A stretch of DNA of 64,000 nucleotides from Squalus acanthias (taxonomy: Eukaryota), in assembly GCA_030390025.1 (NCBI GenBank), contig CM059432.1, positions 106,828,001-106,892,000 of the forward strand. The letters run 5' to 3'. Numbering within the stretch: the stretch's first letter is position 1; every line of letters starts with the position of its first letter. Under the pieces are notes generated by a model, which saw nothing but the letters and a program-made list of their open reading frames with translations, did no database searches and was not told where the DNA came from. The position numbers were made by a program, and so were the translations under genes. This document shows positions 23,901 to 37,255 of the stretch, piece by piece.

Positions 23901-26095
23901 TAGTTTCGGACTTAGGCAAGTCACTCTCAAAATTAATGTGAAATTCTATCATATTATGATCACTCTGCCCCAGAAGATCCTTTACTATGAGATTGCTAAT
24001 TAACCCTGTCTTGTTACACAATACAAGATCTAAAATAGCCTGTTCCCTGGTTGGTTCCATGACATATTGTTCTAGGAAACTGTCCCGAATGCATTTCATG
24101 AACTCATCCTCCAGACTACCTTTGCCAATTTGATTTGTCCAGTCTATATGAAGATTAAAGTCGCCCAAGATTATTGCATTACCTTTGTTGCAAGCTCCTA
24201 CTATTTCTTGTTTAATATTCTGTCCAACGGTATAGCAACTGTTAGGGGGCCTATATACTACTCCTACCAGTGTTTTATGCCCCTTGTTATTCCTTATCTC
24301 CACCCATACTGATTCTATTTCCTGATCTTCCGAGCCAAGATCCTTTCTCGCTACTATCCTTATGCCATCCTTTATTATCAGGGCTACTCCCCCTCCTTTT
24401 CCATTCTGCCTGTTTTTTCAAAACGTCAAGTACCCTGGAACACTTAGTTCCGAGCCTTGGCCACCTTGCAACCATGTCTCTGTAATGGCTATTAGATCAA
24501 ACCCATTTATCTCTATTTGTGCCACTAGTTTGTCTATCTTGTTACGAATGCTTCGTGCATTCAGATAAAGAGCCTTTAATTTAATTTTTTTACCATTATT
24601 CCCTGCTTTGACCTTATTCTCTGCTGCACTGCTACCATGAAACTCTCTGTCGCTTCCTGTCACACTCTGCTTATTTTTACCCAAATCGCTACACTGCTCT
24701 ATTACCTTGACCTTTGTCTTCAGATTTCTAAATTTCCCCTCACCTGAACCCTTCCCCCCCCCCCTTTTTTTGTAGTTTAAAGCCCTATCTACATCCCTAG
24801 TTATTCGATTCGCCAGGACGCTGGTCCCAGCCCGGTTTAAGTGGAGTCCATCCCGACGGAACAGCTCCCTCTTTCCCCAGTACTGGTGTCAGTGCCCCAT
24901 GAATTGAAACTCCTTTTTCCCACACCACTCTTTGAGCCACGCATTTAACTCTCTGATCTACTTGACCCTATGCCAATTTGCGCGTGGCTCAGGTAGTAAT
25001 CCAGAGATTATTACCCTTGTGGTTCTGCTTATTAATTTAGACCCTAGCTCCTCAAACCCCCTCAGCAGAACCTCATTCTTAGTTCTACCTATGTCGTTGG
25101 TTCCTACATGGACCACGACAACTGGATCCTCCCCCTCCCACTCCAAGTTCTTCTCCAGCCGCGAGGAGATATCCTTAACCCTGGCACCGGGCAGGCAAAA
25201 CAGCCTTCGGGACTCTTTTGCGGCTGCAGAGAATAGTACCTATCCCCCTGACTATACTGTCCCCTACCACTACCACATTCCTTCCTTCTCCCCCCACTTG
25301 GATGGCCCCCGTACCACAGTGCCGTGGTCAGTTTGCCCATCCTCCCTGCAGTCCTTTTCCTCATCTATACACGTAGAAAGTACCTCGTAGCTGTTGGACA
25401 AGGTCCAGGGCTGAGGCTCCTCCATCACTGCACCCTGGGTCCCCATACCTGCCTGACTCGCAGTCACACCCTCCTGTCCTTGACCACTGATGAACTCTAA
25501 AGTACTACTTAACCTAAAGGGTGTGACTGCCTCCTGGAACAAAGTGTCCAGGTAACTCTCCCCTCCCTGATGCATCGCAATGTCTGCAGCTCATACTCCA
25601 GCTCAACAATTCTGAGCCGAAGTTCCTCGAGTTGCAGACACTGCATATGTGGTTGCTCGGGATCGCGATGCTCTCTACAGACTCCCACATGCTGCAGTTA
25701 CGACACACCACCTGCCCTGCCATCTCTAACCTTGTTTTATTTATTAATTAATTAGTTAAAGATTTTATTCAATCAATATTTTAGGTTTATTGTTTGATTA
25801 TTTTGTGTAGTTTAAGTTATTAATTTAATAAGTACTAACAAGTTACAGTTTCTCAGCTCTTAATTTAACCCCCTTCCCTAACTTGGAGAGCAAAAAGAGC
25901 TGTAATACTCACCAACCAATCACCTACCTGCACCCCTGTGACGTTACTCTTTGATGTTGTTTTTGAATTGGAGCCTCACGCTGCCGCTGCTTTAATTCAG
26001 CTCCGCTCCTGGGCTGCTCTTTATCCTCTCGCCGCTGCTTTAATTCAGGTCCACTCTCGAGCCGCTCTTCATCTTCTCGCCGCTGCTGCTGCTTT
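20955..26095 (-). mobile_element. Near-full-length decayed CR1 LINE, interrupted by a MITE
   Basis: In order: ORF1 fragments (MAGQVVCRNCSMWE, VVVHVGTND), APE (YLNARSI, GDFN, SDH) and RT ([13 protein letters not shown]), with many frameshifts. The GC-rich 5' UTR has short repeats (cgctgctttaattcag twice). Confidence 0.92.
21721..22562. mobile_element. Harbinger-type MITE inserted in the CR1 RT region; related to, and inverted relative to, 40681-41503
   Basis: The host cagactcttt|...|tttgtgttctcc resumes, with TTT duplicated. The left end is GGCTGGAATTTT. It contains GCGGGCTTAACAAGGCCAATC, the reverse complement of 40786-40805. The right TIR is degenerate. Confidence 0.75.
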
Positions 26096-26734
26096 GGCAA
26101 GCATGGTGTTTAATGCCCAAACCTAGTTGCCCTTGAGAAGGTGGTGGTGGGCCTCCTTCTTGAAGTCTGTGTGGTGAAGCTGCTCCCACACTGCTGTTGT
26201 TTGTAGTGGTTTGATGCAACTGAGTGGTTTGCTAGGCCACTTCAGAGGGCAGTTAAAAGTCAACGACATTGTTAGATCTTGTCATAACTTCCTTCCCAAA
26301 ATTCTGAGTCTCATTTCCTACATTCCATTTGCAAATACAGTCGATTGTGTCCTATAGAACACACATTCCGATTTTCCATGTCCAGGTTTGATATTTGATT
26401 AATGGGCTTTATTCCACTATTATTGAGTAAGAAAAAAAATCACAACTATAATTTAAAGGCTGTTTGATTTGGTCAATGGAAAAGCATCCCTACATTATTT
26501 TCAGATATTCACAATAGCTAGGAATATTTCTTTAATCAGGTTGGTAGAGTTTCTCAATACTGTAGCTAAAAAGTATGCGTGGGTCCATTTCTAATTTAAA
26601 TGGTTCTTTCTTTCCTCCTATCTTCCTCATCCTCTGAGTATATCATTGTTGCCACCTAGCTTCCGAACATTTTGAGTATTTCCACTGTCTCCCTCTCCCA
26701 GAATGTACTCATGTCTGATGATTTTCGCTCCTAA

Positions 26735-27046
26735 AATCACAGAATCCCCACAGTGCAGATAGAGGCCATTTCGGCCCATCGAGCCTGCACCGACACATAT
26801 CCCACCCTATCCCCGTAACCCCACGTATTTAATCCCACCTAACACTAAGGGTCAATTTATCATAGCCAAATCAACCTAACCCGCACATCTTTGGACTGTG
26901 GGAGGAAACGGGAGCACCCGGAGGAAACCCACGCAGACACAGGGAGAATGTGCAAACTCCACACACAGTCACCCGAGGCCGGATTCGAACCCGGGTCCCT
27001 GGCGCTGTGAGGCAACAGTGCTAACCACTATGCCACCATGTTGCCC
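26735..27046 (-). mobile_element. tRNA-derived HE1-type (V-SINE) element, full length
   Basis: The minus strand begins GGGCAACATGGTGGCATAGTGGTTAG (A box) and has GGTTCGAATCC (B box). It has a V-domain-like core (tgtgtggagtttgcacattctccc...gggtttcctccgggtgctcc) and a CR1-like 3' tail. Confidence 0.9.
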
Positions 27047-27633
27047 ACCAGAATGACCTATGCTTTCAAACCAGTCTATTACCTCTAGTGAGACCAGCCC
27101 AGTTTCATAATTCAGGGGAGACTCACACAGGATTACATCCTGATGGTGCTCTCTAACTTGTTGCGAGAGCAGGAGGAAGTAGCAGAGGTTAACACACGTC
27201 AGAAGGCTGAAGTGAGTGGAAAAACAGAATTGTAGGGCTCCGTGGACATGAGCGAGTGTCAGTGGAATAATAAGGTACCATTTTCTATTTCTCCCAATTA
27301 AATCTAAGGGTTCAAGTATTGCCTTGTTGTACTATAGTGTTTGAACTTTGGTACATAATTCATTGGGAAAAGTGGAAAAATGGTGTCTGTGATTTCAGGC
27401 ATGTGCTCAAAAGAGTTTGTTGAAGTCTGGTTATTAGCTGTATTTTGAGACACATTCAGAGAATACTTGTAAAGCTGCCTGTTGCAGTAATGCTTCTTTT
27501 GCCACAGAAAAATGTATGCATATTTCTGCGAAAGAGCGTCCCTATTTTTTCCCTCTGATTACTCCTATCCTGAAGCACTGATTCCTTGCTGGGGTATGCT
27601 TCCACAGGTGCTGGCCGCCCTTCAGTACCTATT

Positions 27634-28088
27634 CAGCCGTGGCTCAGTTGGTAGCACCCTCGCCTCTGAGTCAGAAGATTGTGGGTACAAGTCCCACTAT
27701 AGAGACTTGAGCATAAAAATCTAGGCTGACATTCCAATGCAGTACAGTGAGGGAGTGCTGCACTGTCGGAGGTGCCGTCTTTCAGATGAGACGTTAAACC
27801 AAGGCCCCGTCTGCCCTCTCAGGTGGACATAAAAGATCCTGTAGCACTATTTATCCCCCGGTGTCCTAGCCAATATTTATCCTTCAATCAACATCACGAA
27901 AAAAAACAGATTATCTGGTCATTATCACATTGCTGTTTGTGGGAGCTTGCTGTGTGCAAATTGGCTGCCGGGTTTCCTACATTACAACAGTGACTACACT
28001 TCAAAAAGTACTCCATTGGCTGTAAAGCTCTTTGGGACGTCCAGTGGTTGTGAAAGGCGCTATATAAATGCAAGTCTTTTTTTTCTTT
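27634..28088 (+). mobile_element. SacSINE1-like (DeuSINE) element, near full length
   Basis: The tRNA-like head is GTGGCTCAGTTGGTAG...GGTACAAGTCC. The Deu-domain-like core is gtgccgtctttcagatgagacgttaaacc...attgctgtttgtgggagcttgctgtg. The tail is gcgctatataaatgcaag. Confidence 0.85.
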
Positions 28089-29685
28089 TATTCAAGTGGC
28101 CATTATTCATGTGTGAATCTTAACACTGTCAACGGGCTGTTTGACTGTGGGACATCGCAGCCAAGCCAGATCCTGTTCACACATGTATATCCAACCGAGG
28201 TCACTGGATAGCAATCAGAAAAGAAACTACTTTAATCAGGAGTGTGAACTCAATTGTATCACTGAGTGCCAAGTACCTCCATACAGATAGGGAATCAGAC
28301 TTGGGACCTCATCAATCTGCAAGTCTCAGCTATTCAATGGCTAAACCTGTTGAGTCATTTGGAGGGAGTGCAATAATTTACCTCTTGTGCCGGTATCTTA
28401 TCTGATTCAAAGTCTCCAAACCATCACATCTGAGGAAACAAGCAAAGTTGGATTGTCCACCATGTTGTGATTGCATTGGCTGTCACTTTCCAAGATTCCA
28501 TCAATTCTAGAACAGTTCCCGCGGATTGGAAGGTAGCAAATGTAACCCCACTATTTAAGAAAGGAGGGAGAGAGAAAATGGGGAACTACAAACCAGTTAG
28601 CCTGACATCAGTAGTAGGGAAAATGCTAGAATCTATTATTAAGGACGTGGTAACAGGGCACTTAGAAAATAATAATAGGATTGGGCAGAGTCAACACGGA
28701 TTAATAAAAGGGAAATTGTGTTTGACAAATCTGTTGGTATTTTTTGAGGTTGTAACTAGCAGAATAGATAAGGGGGAACCAGTGGATGTGGTGTATTTGG
28801 ATTTTCAGAAGGCATTCGATAAGGTGCCACACAAGAGGTTATTAAACAAAATTAGGGCTCATGGGATTGGGGGTAATATACTAGCAAAGATTGAGGATTG
28901 GTTAATGGACAGAAAACAGAGAGTAGGAATAAACATGTCATTTTCGGGTTGGCAGGCTGTAACTAGTGGGGTACCGCAAGGATCAGTGCTTGGGCCTCAG
29001 CTATTCACAATCTATATCAATGATTTGGATGAGGGGACCAAATGTAATATATCCAATTTTGCTGATGATACATAGCTGGGTGGGAATGTAAGTTGTGAGG
29101 AGGATGCAGAAAGGGTTCATGGGGATATAGACAAGCTAAGTAAGTGGGCAAGAACATGGCAAATGGAATATAATGTGGAGAAATGTGAAGTTATCCACTT
29201 TGGTAGGAAAAATAGAAAAGCAGAGTATTTTTTAAATGGTGAGAGATTGGGAAATGTTGGTGTTCAGAGGGACCTGGTGTCCTTGTACACGAATCACTAA
29301 CATGCAAGTACAGCAAGCAGTTAGGAAAGCAAATGGTATGTTGGCCTTTATTACAAGAGGATTTGAGTATAAGAGTAAAGACGTCTTACTGCAATTATAT
29401 AGGGCCCTGGTGAGACCACACCTGGAATATTGTGTACAGTTTTGGTCTCCTTACCTAAGGAAGGATATACTTGCCATAGAGGGAGTGCAGCGAAGGTTCA
29501 CCAGACTGATTCCTGGGATGGGAGGATTGTCCTAAGAAGAGAGATTGTGTAGACTAGGCCTATATTCTCTAGAGTTTAGAAGAATGAGGTGATTTCATTG
29601 AAAAATACTAAATTCTTACAGGGCTTGACAGGGTAGATGCAGTGAGGATGTTTCCACTCGCTGGGGAGTCTAGAACCAAGGGTCA

Positions 29686-30037
29686 TAAGAACATAAGAAA
29701 TAGGAGCCAGGAGTAGGCCATTTGACCCCTCGAGCCTGCTCCGCCATTCAATAAGATCATGGCTGATCTTGTACCTCAATTCCACCTTCCCGCACTATCC
29801 CCATATCCCTTGATTCCCTTAATATATTCAATGACTGAGCATCCACAGCCCCCTTGGGTAGAGAATTCCAAAGATTCACAACCCTTTGAGTGAAGACATT
29901 TCTCCTCATCTCAGTCCTAAATGGCCGACCCCTTATTCTGAGACTGTGACCCTTAGTTCTAGACTCCCCAGCTAGGGAAAACATTCTCCCAGCATCTACC
30001 CTGTCAAGCTTTGTAAGAATTTTATATGTTTCAATGA
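29686..30037 (-). mobile_element. Short CR1 3' fragment
   Basis: Tail taagaacataagaa, 3' UTR, and ORF2 C-terminus (ORF 29757..29984). Confidence 0.88.
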
Positions 30038-33000
30038 GAACATACGAATTAAGAGCAGGAGTAGGCCACTCGGCCCTTCGCGCCTACTCCGCCATTCAAT
30101 AAGATCATGGCTGATCTGATTACTCCACATTCCCGCCTACCCCCGATAACTTTTCACCCCCTTGCTTACCAAGAATCTATCTACCTCTGCCTTAAAAATA
30201 TTCAAAGACTCCGCTTCCACCGCCCTCTGAGGAAGAGAGTTCCAAAGACTCATGACCCTCTGTGAGAAAAAATTTCTTCTCATCTCTGTCTTAAATGGGC
30301 GACCCCTTATTTTTAAACAGTGACCCTTAGTTCTAGATTCTCCCACAAGAGGAAACATCCTCTCCACATCCACCCTGTCCATACCCCTCAGGATCTTATA
30401 TGTTTCAATCAAGTCACCTCTTATTCTTCTAAACTCCAACGGATACAAGCCTAGCCTGTCCAACCTTTCCTCATAAGACAACCCGCCCATTCCAGGTATT
30501 AGTCTGGTAAACCTTCTCTGAACTGCCTTCAATGCATTTACATCCTTCCTTAAATAAGGAGACCAATACTGTACACAGTACTCCAGATGTGGTCTCACCA
30601 ATGCCCTGTACAACTGAAGCATAACCTCCCTACTTTTGTATTCAATTCCCCTCGCAATAAATGATAACATTCTATTAGCTTTCCTAATTACTTGCTGTAC
30701 CTGCATAGTAACCTTTTGTGATTCATGCACTAGCACACCCAGATCCCTCTGCATCTCAGAGCTCTGCAATCTCTCACCATTTAGATAATATGCTTCTTTT
30801 TTATTCTTCCTGCCAAAAATGGACAACTTCACATTTTCCCACGTTATACTCCATCTGCCAGATCTTTGCCCACTAGTTATCTATATCCCTTTGTAGCCTC
30901 CTTATGTCCTCTTCACAATTTACTTTCCTACCTATCTTTGTGTGTCATCAGCAAATTTAGCAACCATACCTTCGGTCCCTTCATCCAAGTCATTTATATA
31001 AATTGTAAAAAGTTGAGGCCCCAGCACTGATCCCTGTGGCACACCACTCGTTACATCTTGCCAATCAGAAAATGACCCATTTATGCCTACTCTCTGTTTC
31101 CTGTTAGCTAGCCAATCTTCTATCCATGCCAATATGTTACCCCCTACACCATGAGCTTTTATTTTCTGCAATAACCTTTGATGTGGCACCTTATCAAATG
31201 CCTTCTGGAAATCTAAGTACAGTACATCCACCGGTTCCCCTTTATCCGCAGCACATGTTACTTCCTCAAAGAACTCCAATAAATTGGTTAAACATGATTT
31301 CCCTTGCAAAAACCCATGTTGACTCTGCCTGATTACTTTGAACTTTTCTAAATGCCCTGCTATAACATCTTTAATAATAGCTTCTAACATCTTCCCTATG
31401 ACAGATGTTAAGCTGACTGGCCTGTAGTTTCCTGCTTTCTGTCTCCCTCCCTTTTTGAATAAAGGAGTTACATTTGCTATTTTCCAATCTGATGGAACCT
31501 TCCCCGAATCTAGGGAATTTTGGAAAATTAAAACCAACGCATCAACTATCTCACTAGCCACTTTTAAGACCCTAGGATGAAGTCCATCAGGACCCGGGGA
31601 CTTGTCAGCCCGCAGCTTCAACAATTTGCTCAGTACCACTTCCCTGGTGATTATTATTTTCTTGAGTTCCTCCCTCCCTTCCATTTCCTGATTTACAGCT
31701 ATTTCTGGGATGTTACTTGTATCCTCTATAGTGAAGACCGATGCAAAATACCTGCTCAATTCAACTGCCATCTCCTTATTTTCCATTATTAATTCCCCAG
31801 ACTCACTTTTTATAGGACCAACACTCACTTTGTTAACGCTTCTTTTTTAAATATCTATAGAAACTCTTACTATCTGTTTTTATATTTCTAGCTAGCTTTC
31901 ACTCGTACTCTAATTTTTCTCTCCTTATTAATCTTTTAGTCATTCTTTGCTGTTTTTTATATTCTGTCCAATCTTCTGACCTGCCACCCATCTTTGCGCA
32001 ATTATATGCTTTTTCTTTAAGTTTAATACTATCTTTAACTTTTTTAGTTAACCACAGGTGGTGGGTCCTCCCATTGGAATTTTTCTTTCTTGTTGGAATG
32101 TATATATTCTGTGTATTTTGAAATATCCCCTTAAATGTCTGCCACTGCAACTCTAGTGACCTATCCCTTAACCTAATTTGCCAGTTCACTTTAGCCAGCT
32201 CTGCTTTCATGCCCTCATAATTGCCCTTATTTAAGTTTAAAATACTCGTCTTGGACCCACTCTTCTCCATCTCAAACTGAATGTAAAATTCAATCATAAT
32301 ATGATCGCTGCTACCTAGGGGCGCCTTCACTGTGAGGTCATTAATTAATCCTATCTCGTTGCACAATACCAGGTCTAGTATAGCCTGCTCTCTGGTTGGC
32401 TCCAGAACGTGCTGTTGTAAGAAACTATCCCGAAAACATTCCATGCTACCTTTGCCCATCTGATTTTTCCAGTCTATATGCAGATTAAAATCCCCCATGA
32501 TTATTGCCGTACCCTTCTGACAAGCTCCCATTATTTCTTCCTTTATACTCCATCCTACCATGTGGTTACTGTTAGGGGGCCTGTACACCACTCCCACAAG
32601 TGACTTCTTACCTTTATTATTTCTCATCTCTACCCAAACCGCTTCTACATCCTGGTTTCCTGAACTTAGGTCATCCCTCTCTATTGTGCTAATACTATCA
32701 TTAATTAACAGAGCCACCCCTCCACCTTTTCCCACCTTCCTGTCCTTCCTAAATGTCATGTACCCTTCAATATTCAGGTCCCAATCTGTCATCCTGCAGC
32801 CATGTTTCTGTAATGGCTATCAGATCATATTTATTTATTTCTATTTGCGCTATCAGTTCATCTGTTTTGTTTCAAATGCTACGTGCATTCAGATGCAGAG
32901 CCTTTCGTTTTGTCCTTTTATTATTTTTGTAACCTTTAGCCTTATCTGTTGATTTACTCTTAGATTTGTACTCTCTATCCCTTCCTGTCACGGTCTGTTT

Positions 33001-35488
33001 ATCATTTCCCATATTAATACCTTTCTCTATTGCCTTGTCTCTAATCTTTGAATTACCACATCTTCCCAAATTTGATCCCATGCCCCCAATATTTAGTTTA
33101 AAGCCCTCCCTATTGCCCTAGTTATACGACTCGCCAGAACACTGGTCCCAGCACGGTTCAGGTGAAGACCGTCCCAACGATACAGATCCCACTTTCCCTA
33201 GTACTGGTGCCAGTGCCCCAGGAATTAAAACCCATTTCTCCCACACCAGTCTTTGAGCCACGCATTCATCTCTCTAATTTTATTTACCCTATGCCAATTT
33301 GCTCGTGGCTCAGGTAATAATGCAGACATTATTACCCTTGAGGTTCTGCTTTTTAATTTAGCCCCTAGCTGCTCATACTCTCTCAACAAAACCTCTTTCC
33401 TAGTTCTACCTATGTCATTGGTACCTACATGGACCACGACCACTGGCTCCTCCCCCTCCCACTGCAAGTTCCTCTCCAGCCCAGAGCAGATGTCCCGAAC
33501 CCTGGCACCAGGCAGGCAACACAGCCGTCTGGACTCTCGCTCTTGGCCGCAGAGAACTGTATCTATCCCCCTGACTATGCTGTCCCCAATTACCACTACA
33601 TTCCTATTAACTCCCCCCCGCTTGAATGGCTTCCTGTACCTCGGTGCCATTGTCAGTTTGCTCATCCACCCTGCAGCCACAGTTTTTATCCATACAGGCC
33701 GCAAGAACATCAAACCTGTTGGACAATTGCAAAGGCTGAAGCTCCTCCACCTCCTGGGTCCCCATACCTGCCTCACTCGCAGTCACATCTTCCTGTCCCT
33801 GACCACTGACCAAATCAGAAGACCCTATCCTAAGGGGTGTGACTGCCTCCTGGAATAGAGTCATAGAGTTATACAGCACAGAAAGAGGCCCTTCGGCCCA
33901 TCGTGTCCGCGCCGGCCATCAAGCCCTATCTATTCTAATCCCATTTTCCAGCACTTGGTCCGTAGCCTTGTATGCTGTGGCGTTTCAAGTGCTCATCTAA
34001 ATGCTTCTTGAATGTTGTGAGGGTTCCTGCCTCTACCACCCTTTCAGGCAGTGAGTTCCAGATTCCAACCACCCTCTGGGTGAAAAAGTTTTTCCTCAAA
34101 TTCCCTCTAAACCTCCTGCCCCTTACCTTGAATCTATGCCCCCTGGTTATTGACCCCTCTACCAAGGGAAAAAGTTCCTTTCTATCTACCCTATCTATGC
34201 CCCTCATAATTTTGTACACCTCAATCAGGTCCCCCCTCAGCCTTCTCTGCTCGAAGGAAAACAACCCCAGCCTGTCCAGTCTCTCTTCATAGCTGAAGCG
34301 CTGCAGCCCAGGTAGCATCCTGGTGAATCTCCTCTGCACCCTCTCCAATGCAATCACATCCTTCCTATAGTGTGGCGACCAGAACTGCACACAGTATTCC
34401 AGCTGTGGCCTAACTAGCGTTTTGTACAGCTCCATCATAACCTCCCTGCTCTTATATTCTATGCCTCAGCTAATGAAGGCAAGTATCCCATATGCCTTTT
34501 TAACCACCTTATCTACCTGTCCTGCTGCCTTCAGGGATCTATGTACGTGCACGCCAAGGTCCCTCTGATCCTCTGTCCTTCCTAGGGTTGTACCATTCAT
34601 TGTATATTCCCTTGCCTTGTTAGTCCTCCCAAAATGCATCACCTCACACTTTTCAGGGTTAAATTCCATTTGCCACTGTTCTGCCCATCTGACCAACCCG
34701 TCTATATCGTCCTGCAGCCTAAGGCTTCCCTCCTCGCTATTTACCACCCCACCAATTTTCGTGTCACCTGCAAACTTACTGATCATACCTCCTACATTCA
34801 TATCTAAATCATTAATGTACACTACAAACAGCAAAGGACCCAGCACCGATCCCTGCGGTACACCACTGGACACAGGCTTCCAGTCACAAAAACAACCTTC
34901 GACCATCACCTTCTGAATAAAATGTCCAGGTAACTTTTCCCCCTCCTTGATGCATCGCAGAGTGCGCAGCTCGGACTCCAGCTCATCAACTCTGAGCCGA
35001 AGCTCCTCAAGCCGCAGACACTTACCGCAGACGTGTTCGTCCTGGATCACACTGGCGTCCAGGAGCTCCCACATACTGCAGTCGCAACACATCACCTGCC
35101 CTGCCATCTTTATTGAGTCTTAATTAATTTATTTTTATTAATTAATAATTAACAAACCCTACTACACCTAATAAGATTTATTACTACTAGTAAACTAGTA
35201 CTAATGAAACCTTACAATTACTAATAAATTTCCTGGGCTTTAAAAGATAAGGGAAGTGAGCAAAATACTCACCAACCAATCACTTACCCTTTTCCCTGTG
35301 ATGTCACCTTTTATTTTTCTCCAGATGTGGTTGGGGGGGGTCACAGAGCCGAACTCCCGCTGGTTCTCTGTCCCCTCTTGTGCAGCTTTCTAGCTCCTGC
35401 TCTCCTGGAAGCTGACAAAGATAGAAAAAGAAAGGAACACCTCCCTCCCCGAACTCCTTCACTCACCAAACTCGCAGCTTAACACTCT
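30038..35488 (-). mobile_element. Near-full-length CR1 LINE with a nested family A insertion
   Basis: ORF1 runs from 35107 (MAGQVMCCDCSMWE...; VIGDS, GTND). APE is 31899..32792 and RT is 30932..31828 plus 30137..30832. Several frameshifts. Confidence 0.93.
33858..34914 (-). mobile_element. 5'-truncated family A CR1, inserted in ORF1 of the host CR1
   Basis: Nearly identical to 13411-14462. GAATA is duplicated at 33853-33857 and 34915-34919. Confidence 0.93.
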
Positions 35489-36039
35489 GTCACAGTCTCA
35501 GAATAAGGGTCGGCCATTTAGGACTGAGATGAGGAGAAATTTCTTCACTCAGAGGGTGGTGAATCTTTGGAATTCTCTACCCCAGAGGGCTGTGGATGCT
35601 CAGTATTTGAGTATATTCAAGACAGAGATTGATAGATTTTTCGATATTAAGGGAAACTAGGGATATGGGGATAGTGCAGGAAAGTGGAGTTGAGGTAGAA
35701 GATCAGCCATGATCTTATTGAATGGCGGAGCAGGCTCGAAGGGCCAAATGGCCTACTCCTGCTCCTATTTCTTATGTTATTGTCATTGTTCTTTAAGCAG
35801 AAGCATCCTCCACCCACCTAACCACTCTCATTGTTCCTTTTTCAGAAAGAAAACACATTATTGGCAGGAATATTCTGGGCTTTGGGTGCGAAAGGTTCAG
35901 TGGCCACATAGTGGGATGTGTGGGCTGGAGTTTGGAGCAGGACTCACTTCCACTGGGTCTCTGCCCCTTTTTTCGACATAGCCAAATTCTACCGGAAGTT
36001 TGGTGGACGTCACCAGAAATGGCAGGACGGGTGAGATAG

Positions 36040-37255
36040 CATAGAAGATAGGAGCAGGAATAGGCCATTCGGCCCCTCGAGCCTGCTCCGCCATTTAATG
36101 AGATCATGGCTGATCATCCAAATTCAGTACCCTGTCCCTGCTTTCTCCCCATATCCCTTGATCCCTTTAGCCTTTTGAAATATTTCTATCTCCTTCTTGA
36201 ATATATTTAATGAATTGGCCTCAACTGCCTTCTGTGGTAGAGAATTCCACAGGTTCACCACTCTCTGGGTGAAGAAATTCCTCCTCATCTCAGTCCTAAA
36301 TGGTTTACCCCTTATCCTTAGACTGTGACCTCTGGTTCTGGACTCCCCCGCCATCGGGAACATCCTGCATCTAGTCTGTCTAGTCCTGTTAGAATTTTAT
36401 CAGTTTCAATGAGATCCCCTCTCATTCTTCTAAACTCTAGTGAATATAAGCCTAATCGACCCAATCTCTCTCCATACGTCATTCCTGCCATCCCAGGTAT
36501 CAGTCTGGTAAATCTTCGCTGCGCTCCCTCCATGACAAGAACATCCTTCCTCAGATAAGGCGACCAAAACTGCACACAATACTCAAGGTGTGGTCTCACC
36601 AAGGCCTTGTACAACTGCAGCAAGACATCCTTGCTCCTGTACTCTAATCCTCTCGCTATGAAGGCCAACATACCATTTGCCTTCTTAACCGCCTGCTGCA
36701 CCTGCATGCTTACCTTCAGCGACTGGTGCACAAGGACTCCCAGATCTCGTTGCACTTCCCCTTTTCCCAATCTATTGCCGTTCAGATAATAATCTGTCTT
36801 CCTGTTTTTGCCACCAAAGTGGATAACCTCGCATTTATCCACATTATACTGCATCTGCCCAATCACCCAACCTGTCCAAATCAAACTGGAGTTTCTCTGC
36901 ATCCTCCTCACAGCACACACGCCCACCCAGCTTTGTGTCGTCTGCAAACTTAGAGATATTACATCTAGTTCCCTTGTCTAGATCATTAATATATATTGTG
37001 AATAGCTGGGGTCCTAGCACCGATCCCTGCGGTACCCCACTAGTCACTGCCTGCCACTCGGAAAAAGACCCGTTTATTCCAACTCTTTGCTTCCTGTCTG
37101 CCAACCAGTTCTCTATCCAAATCAGTACCTTACCCCCAATCCCATGTGCTTTAAGTTTGCACACTAATCTCTTATGCGGGACCTTATCGAAAGGATTCTG
37201 AAAGTCCAAATACACCACATTCACTGGTTCTCCCTTATCTATTCTACCAGTTATC
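36040..37255 (-). mobile_element. 5'-truncated CR1 LINE, same family as 43705-46170
   Basis: ORFs 36844..37224, 36318..36947 and 36124..36363, ending GYGEKAGTGY*. Confidence 0.92.

Larger units (their letters stand above)
28467..35780 (+). mobile_element. 5'-truncated CR1 LINE split into 28467-29685 and 35489-35780 by 5.8 kb of nested insertions
   Basis: RT ORFs 28467..29075 and 29236..29535. The sequence stops at tctagaaccaagggtca and resumes as gtcacagtctcagaataagg, continuing to the stop codon, 3' UTR and tail. Confidence 0.88.

Noticed and set aside
26970..27046. tRNA gene (also the head at 27634-27700)
   Set aside because: The A and B boxes belong to SINE heads that continue into SINE bodies. 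I could not fold a convincing cloverleaf.
34466..35107. 213-aa ORF joining a zinc finger to RT motifs
   Set aside because: Chance read-through across the junction between host ORF1 and the nested family A insertion.
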